Shown here: positions 11,201 through 23,245 of the stretch, piece by piece
How positions within the stretch are numbered: position 1 is the stretch's first letter
Layout of the letters: every line of letters begins with the position of its first letter
Assembly (NCBI RefSeq): GCF_000143415.4
Contig: NW_003314290.1
Span: forward strand, 372,001 to 436,000
Length of the DNA stretch: 64,000 bases
Direction: 5' to 3'
Source of the DNA: Selaginella moellendorffii
Taxonomy: Eukaryota > Plantae > Lycopodiophyta
Notes under the pieces: generated by a model
What the model saw: only the letters and a program-made list of their open reading frames with translations
What the model was told of the DNA's origin: nothing
Databases searched by the model: none
Program-made: the position numbers and the translations under genes

Positions 11201-14124
11201 CATCTCAGGTCCATCTTAAAATCCATCTTAAATCCTCTTGTGTCCCTTTTCTAAAATCTCACTTACTGCTTGCTGCATGCTCGTTCCTTGAGCACTTCAT
11301 TGGGAGTTCCACTTTTACTCTTGACTATCTAAGTCAAAGTTCTTAGTCCAAATGTGTTATACTCGTTTGGCTTCCACTTCAGCCACTACCACATGGCACT
11401 CTTTTGGCTTCACTTTGAGGCTTAGGGATTTGTGTTTCACATATATCATTTTTTGTAAGTTGGGTGATATCCAAATTAGCAAGGGTGGCTAACTCTATTG
11501 GTAATTTCTTTGTTAATGATAGTCAGAAGATGTTTGAGTGGTATTGCATTTGCATTAGATAAAAAAACACCTTTAACTTATTTAAGTTGGTGCATTTCTC
11601 ACAAAGTGTAAACATTGTAAACTTTTTCTTGAGTTGTTTCTTTAACAGTATTCTAAATTAGAGTATGTATCAACAAGGATGTCAATTTTCCCTAGAAGAG
11701 GGAAAGTGTTATAAATATGACTGTGGGTATTGAAAGTTATCTATCAGCAAATCTTTTTAAATATTCTTTCCTTATTGCCATGGCATAGTATTGGGTTCCA
11801 TACATTGAGCCTGCTAGACCTTTTATCAGTTTCTTTTCAAATTAGTTGAGAAACTAGTTATCATATGTGCACTTAGATCAGAAGAGCACTAATCCTAAGT
11901 TGTCATTAATCAAGCATACTTAACATGGTGATGAAAAACTCATATTGTTAATTTGCACTTGCTAGTGTTGGGAACCCCTACAATATTGAATTTGGTCCCT
12001 CAATACTCATTAGATGATAATTTACATATCCCTCAAGACACTCTTGCTATTATTCCCTAAATGTTTGTTTTGTTCGATCCTATTAGCTATTTATAGAAAA
12101 TATCTAGATCTGCTAGTTAGGCATATTTACAGAATGCAAAGATTATCTTAAACATGATGATGTTGTTCCCGCATCCAGATTTACAATTTAACACTATTTC
12201 ATATTTAATAAATTTTTATGATTGTTCCAAAGATTAACTCCTAAGACTAGAGTGCCCAAAACATGCATTCTTGATTACTAGGGGGGAGAATTCCAAATGT
12301 ATACTAGGGATAATGGGTAAGTCAGCCATAGCTTACCAACTTGAGAGGCATAGTTTAAATTTTGCTTGCATGCTTATCCTTGTTTAGCATCCAGCTTGGG
12401 TCTAAACTTCATACCATACTAACTGGTAGAATGCTTATATCCTTGTGTTATGCCATTGATATACTGAAATAATGTCAAACTTTATTTAGCTTTGTTTTGT
12501 GTGTTAGTCTTGGCATTGGATGTTAAATGCTCTAGGATTATTTTAATGTCACTTTATACTTCTGTCCCTTCACTCCTTGGTTGAATGCTTAGGAATCATT
12601 CCATACTCTAATTTCTTCACTCCTTGATTGTATACTTAAGAGTTTGGCTATTCAATGGCCCAAAGCCTTAAACTTATAGTTCTATTTTGCTACCTTTAAT
12701 CTATATATCCAAGGGTTTAAATTCTGCTCTATAGTTATTCTACAGTAAATCATTATAAGATAAAAGGTGAAAATTATGTGCACTATATGCCAGTAAGGTT
12801 TAAATAAACTATTATAAACAAGAAATTAATGTTGTTTACATGGTCATACCCTTTTAACAAAATGTAGAAATATTAAGAGAGAAATGAGTGATATAGTATC
12901 TATCCCATAATTAAAAATTTCACTATACACACTAAGTGTTAAAGCCATCTTACCTATATTGACACAAACTTTGATGCATAATATGAAAGTTAAAGACAAA
13001 AATATCTTAAAGACATTGAATTATCAATAATAAAGTGTAGATTAAAACACAAGTATTCCAAGTAAGTCTTTGGGCTTGTCAATTGGTATGGATATGCAAT
13101 TTCATATAAAGGATGTATTAAGAAAAAAGCTCTTCCACCAAAATCAGTTTACATAAGCCTAAGGAAGGTATGAGTCATATCTAATGATGACAAATAAGAT
13201 ACAAAAATGCAAATAGGACAAAAATGTGGTAAAAGTGGAAAAGGTGGAGAAAGTTGTTGGAGAAGTGGAAAAATTAGAGAAGGTAAAAGTGGAGGATATG
13301 ATACTCAAACTAAAGGTCAATAGTTTTGACACAGTCATGGCTTAATTATGGCCCCATTCCAGTTTCAAATAATTATTTAGAAGTTAATAAAAGAATCATG
13401 GAAATCATGGAATGTCTGTCTTAACTTGTTTTGTCATTCGATGATCAATCGATCATTCTTCTTAGTTCTCTCGGCTTTCTCGAGATGCATCACTCAAGTC
13501 TGCCACCACATGAACACCACACAGCATGCTTCACAGCTTGCATTTGTTCATCCTTACCCTCTTGCCATGGACAGGGCAGCTAAAGAACCAAACTCAGAAA
13601 GGAATCCTGGTAGCTGTGTGGAGACCGACAATTTCTTCCCTCTAACTACCTCTTTACATCATCTCCATATATTTATATACACTTAGCATGCCTCTTAAAT
13701 GCTCACTTTTGCCACTTCTCCTACTCTCCTTCTCAGCCGTGACATTCTAGGAGTCCCATCTCTACACGATGCTGCTGAAACTTATCTCTTGCTAGAGACG
13801 TTGTCATGATATTGGCAGTCATTTGCTGTGTAGAAACATAAGATAAAAGAACCTTGTTTACCAGGACTTATTCTGAAATGCACTCAAAGTGTTTTGTACG
13901 TCCATAGAATTTCAGTTTTTTCAAGAGCTAATAGCACTTCTATTGTCACATAGAAGTGGCACAGATTTCTTCACAGAACATGAATCTGTGTCAAGACTCA
14001 AACACCATGATTCTGAGATGGAGCATAAAGTAAGACTTGTTTCATATTTCAAACGATGTAATATTGCTAGTCTTTAAGTTATTAAGGAGCACAAAGTGGA
14101 CCAAGATGCTGATCACCTACGGAG

Positions 14125-15606
14125 TTAAACCTGCGTACCTTCAACATATACAACTTCGTCCTTGACCACATAGAGGTTTGAAGAAGAATTAACCTTGACA
14201 AAGTAGTGACCAAGGCTTTGGTCTGACAGACCCTTGTAGTCCATGGGCACAAGGGATGCCACTACTCCAGTCCCCATGGCTGGCAAATCAATCTCGCCTG
14301 ATGTCATGCCTCTCACCAAGCAGTCCTTGCGGATGGCTTTGATCCGCCCCACCTCTTCTTTGGTGGGAGGGTATGCCTCTGTCTTGAAGAAGTCCCCCAT
14401 CACATGATACATGTTGGGATTTGCAGGAAAACCACTCCAGACACCACCTCCATACCCCATGTTATAGCTGCCCCAGCTTTCAATATCACCCAGTGCCCCC
14501 GATCCTTTGTCTTGAACAACCAGATGACATTGACCACCGTCCGTCTGACCCAGGTAGTACCAGTCGCCACCAATGTCAGGAAGACTCCAGTTATCTTGTT
14601 TGGGTACGTACATAGCTCGAATGGGGCTGGTCCTCTTCTTGCAGTAAGTAGTGCTGTAGAAGTCATGGATCTCTTGCTTCCTCTTCTCTGTGGAAGCTAG
14701 TTCCCAGATCCCGATCAGACTTTGGTCGTCAAGAAACTCGACAAAGGCCATGTAGTTGAAGACGCTCTTGCTCCACTCCGCCGAATGTGCTGGATAGTTT
14801 GCATCTATACATACATTGTCACAGGTGAAATTCTTGGATTTAACTCGAATTTAAGTGGTACCTGCCAGGGCCGGATCCCCGCCCACGGTCTTGATGTTGG
14901 TGGTGCTGTGTTCATTAAAGGACTTGATTTCCTTGACGTAGGTTGCTTTTTCTTCGGCACTGATGCTGCCCACAAGTGCCTTGAACGACATAGTGGCGAC
15001 CACGCCAATGTGGTTAGTGTTGCTGAACTCTGTTTTTGACGTGCTGGCAATGTAGTTCGCAACACCACCCATGACGAGGCTGGCGAGATAGTGAGTGTGG
15101 TATTTGTCGAACAGCTTGGTTAGGTCGGTCATGGTGTCAATGTCGTTCTGGACGCTTGGCTTGAGCATCTTGACATGGTTGGGCTGGAGCTGTAACGTAA
15201 AGAGCCTCACAATTTGCTTGACATTGGTGAATGCGAGATTGGAGCTGTGGGCTTCTGAAATTCCAAAGTCGGCTTCTATGGAAGCAGAAAAGAAGTTGTA
15301 CGACCCCTCAAGCTTTGTGGTTGAGTTGATTTTCTGGGTGAATTCCTGGAGGGTGCTTCCAGATTCCGTGAACAAGTTGGCCGAATAGTTGGTGTGGCAG
15401 GTGATTACCTTGGGTTTTGAGAATGTCCTTTCGCCTATTTTCACTAGCTCGGTATCCTCAGGGAACTCGAAGAGATTGATAGACCCACAGCTCCTTGAAT
15501 CGGCATAGTATTTCAGGACATCGTAGCCACAGCCAATGAAGCCACAGCCTGGAAGTGTATCCTCTTGCTGATCACTAGTAGAACGAGCAGGAACAGGTAG
15601 CGACAT
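14125..15606 (-). CDS. MACPF/perforin-like protein, two exons (15606-14862, 14804-14125), ~474 aa, with a Vps62-like C-terminal region
   Basis: N-terminal GFIGCGYDVL and the MACPF signature region F.KYHTHYLASLVMGG, then ...VGGDPAL...EWSKSV. A 57-nt GT-AG intron (14805-14861) joins the two ORFs in frame. TATA-like sequence ~45 bp upstream. The C-terminal domain call is less certain. Confidence 0.85.
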
Positions 15607-15689
15607 ATTACACTAGAGAGCTCACTAGGCACTAGTCTGGTAGCCACTGGCCTATATATTTCGTGAAGTCTGTTTCTAAGCTCGCTCCA

Positions 15690-16170
15690 CCTCGCTTCAA
15701 GGACCCACTGCCTGTTCATTTTGCGGATGGCAACCTACTTGTGGCTGTTGTCACCCCATCTTCAAGGACCGAGAATGATGGCTATCTAAACTTTAACGCA
15801 CACATTCATTTTGCACCTACTATTGGGCTCATTTTTGGTTTCATGCTTCAGAAAACGAATACAAGTACTTCAGCGATTGCTACAAGTGTTTTGAGCGATT
15901 GCCAAATCCCCAATTGCTTGCCCAATTGTGTTTCTATTTAGCCAAACTGGTCATCCATACGGAAAAAAGTATCAATGGAGCATTAAAGTGAAAAATTGAT
16001 ATCGGGCACACACTGTTCATTTTGCGGATGGCCACCTACTTGTGGCTGTTGTCACCCATCTTCAAGAACCGAGAACGATGGCTTTCTGAACTTTAACATT
16101 TTATACATTCATTTTGCACCTAATATTGATATGTGTGGCCCATCTGCTCGCTTCAAGGACCCACTGTCTA
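15690..16170 (+). repeat. Local duplication of ~120-140 bp upstream of the MACPF gene
   Basis: CTGTTCATTTTGCGGATGGC...ACTTTAAC occurs at ~15711 and ~16013. CTCGCTTCAAGGACCCACTG occurs at ~15691 and ~16147. Confidence 0.8.
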
Positions 16171-16429
16171 GCATGCTGCCTATTATGTGTTTTAGAAGTT
16201 CATTTTGATGCAGCACCAGTTTGAACATAGCTGAAAATCAGTTCAAGGCAGGTCAAAGTTTGTAGGAGGAATATGATTTGGCTTTCCCAAATTTGTCTAA
16301 GTGTTGCATTTATGTTTGTGTCTCTTCTTGCGGTAGTTTTTTATGGAGAAACTTAATGATTTCTTGAATTCTTGATATTTTGATATTTTCTTCTTTTGTC
16401 TTTAAAGTTTTTGAATTTTTCTTTGTGTT

Positions 16430-16860
16430 TGTAACACATGTGATCATGGGATAAGATTTAAATATACTATCACTTAGATGTTTGGAACTTTAGGGGATAA
16501 AATAACTATTAAAGGAAGTAGTTGCCCTTTTTTTAGTTACTTTAAAAGATAGAGTGTATTATATGTGGTATTTGAGCAAATGGCACGGGTTCGATTTCTA
16601 TTGATTAGTGGCTATTTAAAATATAATATACCTTTGAGCAAAGTATATTTTTATCTCTAAAATTGAAATTATCATCCATGAGTATGTCCTTTGTCTTGTA
16701 AAACATCTATAGACAAGATGTCACATGGAATAACTGACACTTGAGCAAGGTATATTCTTATCTTTAAAATTGAAATCATATATATTGGGCATCTATGAAT
16801 CCATGAGTATGTCCTTTATTTTGTAGAGCATCTATGGACAAGATGGAATGACATTATTTT
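16430..16860 (+). mobile_element. Degenerate TRIM-like (miniature LTR) element fragment
   Basis: Short terminal repeat TGTAAC...TATTATA (16430-16563) followed by a PBS-like TGGTATTTGAGC. Homologous to the reverse complement of 41713-42012. No second LTR found. Confidence 0.55.
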
Positions 16861-19800
16861 ACATGGAATAACTAATTTATATAATGAAAGGATTGGTAGA
16901 TTCAGTGGGAAAATGGATATTTAATCTTCAACCTTGATTTTTTCATTTTTCTTGAGCTTTTTTTTTCTCTCTTAGTTGGCTTTTCTTTTTGTTTGGATGG
17001 CTTCTAGCATCCAAACTATTGGTAATCTTTCTTCATCAAGTTTGTCTAGTATTACTAGTTTTCTCTTTTGATCTATCTTGATTTATTTTGTATTGTATTG
17101 CCATTTTGTAAGTGACTAATTTTTCCATTCTACTTTAGTCACTTAACCACACCTCCAACCATTTGGAAGAGTCTCATTCACAACCTCCTTAAGTCCAATT
17201 CAAGAGTTGGGGCTTGCTAGCTTTAAGAATGGCATGGTCCAAGTGCTCCACGTGTCCGATCCCACAACCGATACCCCAAGGTACTATTGATATATCAACT
17301 TGTTTCGCTAAGGCCATGCTCATTCACCTTGGTCACACTGGTGGTCCAACACTACCTACATCACAATTCTATCTCTCACAAATTGGGCCATCCATCTAGG
17401 AGTAATCAACCTAGATCCACTCTTTAGCATCCTTAGGATGCCTGTAGACATGGGAAATAACCTCCTTAATATCCCTTTTTTAGTCCCCACAAAGTCCCTT
17501 TTTGTCCATGGCCATATTCGCCAACACTACCACTGGATCAAGGCCCACAGGCCTAACCACCAAGTCCCACTATCCTTTGGGATTTTTTCACCACGTAACT
17601 ATATTCTTGGTTGCCACACTGGAGGGCTACTCTTCTTCCTTTCCACAATCTAGGATTGTGGGACAACATTTCAAAACACTGTAGCCCTATGCGAGCCTCA
17701 TGGGTACTCTCCCCACCTTCTGCCTTTGGGTGCTCTAGCCATAGGCTTAGAGCGAGGTTCCATTGAGCCACACTAAATATCCAAGTAGGTAGTGCCACCC
17801 ATGCTTAGGCTGGGAGCATCGACCATTCAATCTCTCGAGGGATTTAGAGTTGGCTCTTGAACACTTCACCAAGTTACCTTACTTGTTAGTCCATATTCAC
17901 TCTAACCTTGGACTTCCCAATGGTTATTTTATCACGCAACAGTTGAGCATAGCCTTCCTGGGCCAAGCTAGCCTTTCCTGGCCAAACTAGCCCCACTGGG
18001 GCCAACCCTCATACTCTCCCAACTATACTTTTGGAACCCTCTGCAGCCCCACCCCCCTGAGGGATGATCACTTTGGGCTTTCACCCAACAGCCTGTATTA
18101 GTATTTGGACTCGGTCTCGAACTTGAACTCGGACTTATACTCAGACTTGGACTTGGTCTTGGTCTCGGTCTCGGACTTGGACTCAGACTCAGTCTCGGTC
18201 TTAGTCTCGGTCTTAGTTCCATCTCGAACTCCATCTCGGGTCCATCTGGGACTCCATCTCGGACTCCATCTTGAACTCCATCTCGGACTCCATCTTGGAC
18301 TCCATCTCGGGTCCATCTCGGACTCCATCTTAGACTCCATCTCAGACTCCATCTCGGGTCCATCTCAGACTCCATCTCGGATCCATCTCAGACTCCATCT
18401 TGGGTCCATCTTAGACTCCATCTCAAACTCCATCTTGGGTCCATCTCGAACTCCATCTCAGACTGCATCTTGGGTCCATCTCATACTGCATCTTGGGTCC
18501 ATCTCAGACTCTGTCTCGGACTCCATCTCGGGTCCATCTCGGACTCCTCCTTGGGTCCATCTCGCACTCCTCCTCGGACTCCTTCTTTAACACTTCCATG
18601 TGTTATGTTGGTCCTCTTGTCCCTTTTCCAGAGACTCACTTGTTGCTTGCTTCGTGCTCATTCCTCAAGCCCAAACTAAAAGTCAAAACTTTTAGTTCAA
18701 ACGTGTTACTCCTGTTTGGCTTCTGCTTCGGTCACTGCCACATGGCACCCTTTCAGCTCCATTTTTAGGGCTTTGGGATTTGTGTCACACAACTCCACCA
18801 CCCATAGACAAAGTTTGATGTCCTCATTGAACGATAAATCATTTTATAAAGTAATACCAACATTTATTACCCTTTCCATCTTTGGCACCTAGCCAATTTT
18901 CATCAATGGTTTGACACTGAAGGTTGCCCATGCCTTATCCATCCTTTAAGAAGCATAGTCTATACAACATAGAGATTCATTTGACCACTTGTGGTGGTTC
19001 TTTTCTTTTATTGGTTTAGTTCTTGCTAAACCCATTAAAGACACCTTCTCTATCTCAATCCCATTACTCATTTTTAAGTAGTCTCAATTTTTATTAATAT
19101 AACCTTTGCACTTTGAAACTCTTAATTTTGACTTCTTAAAGTCAATTTCTTGGGTGTCTTTAACACCTTGTATTGCACATATTATGCAAACTCCACTTCC
19201 TCATCCTAAGAAGTTCTTTACTTGAGGGCCACCGTCACCCTCTCTCCTATTTTGTGCCCCTCTAGGCATTAAGTTCCATTTTTCCATATTTTATGCTAGG
19301 GTTGTCCATAGCCCTATCATCTGGCTACATTATCACTCCCTGCTTTGGAGCTTTTATTTTGCCAAATTAGAGCATTTAAGAATCCATCCTTGGAAATTTT
19401 TTTTTTTTCCACAATCTATTAGCATCAACATAAGTGTTCCTTGTCTAACTTTTTCATTTGCATTCCTTCCAATGAATTTCATGGCCTAAACTTGGCCACT
19501 AGTCTTTTGCTACCATCCTTTGATTATTACACTCAACAATATAAGATCACTAGCTCCATTCTTGAAGTATCATTTTGGTTCTTTAGCAAAGACTTTGCTT
19601 TGCCAAGTCCAAAGGGTGTTCACCCCTAGTATGTCTCTTTAGCATTTTCTATTGTGGGTTCCATCCACGGCCCAACTTTGTGACCCTTCTATGGGTCTCT
19701 TATAGAGATTACTTTTTTTGGACACATTATGCCATCGTGTTGATGCAACTCATTTCCCTTGAGTGTTTTTCCTATTTGGTCACCTCGACCAAGCCACACC

Positions 19801-22800
19801 ATCATCAATAATTCAAATCAACACTTTGAACTAAGAACCTTATTGTGAGACACAAATCCCTATGTCCCAAAGTGGAGCCGAAAGGGTGCCATGTGGTAGT
19901 GGTCAAAGTGAAAGCCAAACAATCATAACACGCTTGGACTAAAACCTCTGACTTGAAAAGTTGAAAGCAGAAGTGGAACTCCTAACGAAGTGTTCAAGGA
20001 ACAAGCACAAACCAAGATGGAGTCCGAGATGGACCCAAGATGGAGTCCGAGATGGAGTTCAAGATGGACCCGAGATGGAGTCCAAGATGGACCCGAGATG
20101 GACCCGAGATGGACCCAAGATGGAGTCCAATGTGGACCCGAGATGGAGTTCAAGATAGACTCGAGATGGAATTCGAGATGGACCCGAGATAGAATCCAAG
20201 ATGGAGTCTGAGATGAACCCGAGATGCAGTCCAAGATGGATCCGAGATGGAGTCTAAGATGGAGTCCGAGATGGAGTCCGAGATGGACCCAAGATAGAGT
20301 TTGAGATGGATTCGAGATGGAGTCTGAGATGGAGTCCGAGATGGACTCAAGATAGAGTCCGAAATGGAGTTCAAGATGGATCTGAGATGGAGTCTGAGAT
20401 GGAGCTGGAGTCTGACATGGAGTTTGAGATGGACCCGAGATGGAGTCTGAGATGGAGTCTGAGATGCACCTGAGATGGAGTCCGAGATGGACCCGAGATG
20501 AAGTCCGAGATGGACCCGAGATAGAATTCGAGATAGAACTGAGGCCAAGATTGAGATCGAGATTGAGACCAAGACCGAGTCCGAGTCCAAGTCCAAGTCC
20601 GAGATCGAGACTGAGACCAAGTCTGAATACTAATACAGGCTGTTGAGTGAAAGCCCAAAGCGATCGTCCCCCGGGGGGGGCTATAGAGGGTTCCAAAAGT
20701 ATAGTATAGAGAGTTGGGGGTGGGTTTATTTTTGAGGAGTAGCTAGTTGGGAAGACATAACTCTCCACTATAGTTCATGTGTGAACTTATAGGTGAGATG
20801 GTGGATAGGAAAGGGCCAATAATGGAACAATTTTGGGATCTTGGGAATAATATAAGGTTTTCCTCAAAGAAATGAGGATGTGATCCAGATAAGCATTTGA
20901 CTTAGCAAACTAGCTATTGTAGTTATGGTAAATAACTATAGTTGGGATCACGGGAAAGATAATAACTCCAAAACAATAAAGAAGTCACAAAATTATCCTC
21001 ATATAGTTGAGGGTGGTGTTCATAAATTTGAGACCGGAATTAATGATTATAAGAGGTCAAATACGAATGAGGACATGAGTCCTTGAAATGGTAGTCGGGC
21101 TACCCTTAATAAATGATAGAACAACCCAAGGGATTGGGGGTGTATTTAGAGGATGAGTTCGTACACATGGACAAATAGTCCTAAGGGGTAAAGGTAGCAT
21201 ATATGGAACAAAAAATAATCAAGTATCGGAGTAACATTTGCAAAGATGGTCCTTATGAGTAGGATATGAATACACGAAGTTGTATTCCAACGAGTTAGCA
21301 CTTAAAAAATGGGACCTTATAGGTCGTTGAATTAGTAAAGTCCAAAAAGCTAGATGACTCAAGTGGAGTCAAGAAATAGTCCTAAAGAACTTGTGGAAAC
21401 ATTTGGACTGAGGTGTGTTATACCCCATGAAGGATGGGGAGGATTATAAGATCCAAGTATGAGAACTGTGGGTATCTTATTGATAACAGAATATACCATA
21501 CTAAAGTCGTGGGAAAGAGGTTCCCAGAGGAAAGCAACTTTAACACAAAGTTGTGTGTAAACACTATGGTGCAGTGCAAATGGATAGTTGGCATAAGAAA
21601 CGACTGTATTGGTCTTGGCAAATACTTAGACACAAATAAAAAGTGTCATAAAGGTAGATTCGTGGAGCCGATGGTGTAAAGACACCGAATGTGCCAAGGT
21701 GTGATGCCTTAAGGTCAAATTGGTGGGTTCATGGGAACCCCTTCCCAAAGGAATCCTAATGAAAATAGGAATGGCATAGTCTAAGCTAAAAGGCATGTAG
21801 TTGGAGTGTGGTGACCTAAATAATGATGGAGGTGTGAAAGCACTAGCAATGAGTTGTAAGACTTGACAACTATGAAGCAGCTAAGCAAAATGTGCAAAAT
21901 AATTAGTTAAACTGGTAAAAGGTAGCTACCCAAGACTTTTTAATGGCATAAGAAAGTTAGATATACCCTTATGGGGGATAAATTGCTTATGTTGTGATAT
22001 AGTAAATCAATGTTGTAAAAAGGAATGGTCATTGTAAAAAACGCCATCATTGAGACACCCAAACACTCTAGAACACCATGAGGTGATGTTTGGTGTCGTG
22101 AGGGCAATAGATAAGGCCCAATTGATTAAGTCCCTAGCAAATGATGGATAGAAGGTGCTATCCAAACATCCAAGGTTGCAAAGATGGGAGAAGTCTATCT
22201 ACTTGAATTGGACAAAGCCAAAAAGGGATTTTAACAAGGCTAATGATGGGTATATAAAGGCCCATAAGTAGCAACATTAATCCCAGTGTGCAAGATTACA
22301 AGGTGAGTATATCCAAATTGAGAAACCACTCCCTAGGGTATTGGGTAGATTCATCCTTATGAATACTTGCTAAGACATAGTAGAAAGTGCAAAGCTATCC
22401 TCTTAGTCTAGAGGAGAATGACCGAAGGAAATGTGTGAGGCCAAAAAGCAAGTAGGAAAGGGATAGAACCAAACCATAGGAATTGAAAGGCATAACCAAG
22501 GGTGGTTATGCAAGTTAGAAATGGAAAATCAAATGGGGGCTTGAATAGTTTGTTATTAGCAACCGTGATGCCATGAAAAGTCTAAATATGGAATTATTCA
22601 TGTTAAACCATATGGTAATTAGAAAGCTTGTTAGAATGGTTCATAAAGCACACAAAATCAGAGTGGCGCAGCAAAAGCGTGGTCTTGAAGCTTGCCATAA
22701 GACAAGGCTATCAAAGTTAGGGAAGTAATTCCCGAGTGTTCAAAAAGAGGATTTGAATGAAAGTCAATAGTTAAGGACTTTCACGCTTGTGCATGAACCA

Positions 22801-23020
22801 TATTATAGTGGTCAGATGACTTGCTAGGTAAGATTGGCAAGTCAAGGGAACAAATACTCTAGTTGAAGGTGCTAACTTCAAAAGGGGTGGCCTATGGGGC
22901 CAAGCATGTAGGAGTCCATGCATGATCACAAACATGTCAAGTGAGAGGACTTGGCAGTATGGAGAAACTAAGTTCCTAAGCTGTGATCTATAGTGTGCTT
23001 TAAGTATAAGTTGGTGCACT

Positions 23021-23245
23021 GGCGTGGGGATTCATGCCAAGCATCCTGTGTGATACCATCTGTAGATGCATATACAGAGGTTGGGTTCGAGTCTCGACCC
23101 TTTAGTGCTTGGGTTCAAGTCCCAACTCACTAAGGCATACTGATGGTTTGGAATATGAGGACACTCATTTTTCAGTGGTCATGGACTTTTAGTAAGGAGA
23201 CTAACTTGGGCACATTGCAAAGCGGGGGATGCCCCGGAGTCATGA
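23021..23245 (+). ncRNA. Candidate structured RNA element (A3 copy, more decayed)
   Basis: Homologous to 6646-6875 and 30721-30965. Confidence 0.5.

Larger units (their letters stand above)
1738..11441 (-). mobile_element. Solo LTR of family A, split by insertion of element A1
   Basis: 1738-2118 and 10177-11441 join into one reverse-complement family-A LTR with TGT...ACA ends. Flanks CATAT/TATAT are a 5-bp TSD with one transition. Confidence 0.85.
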
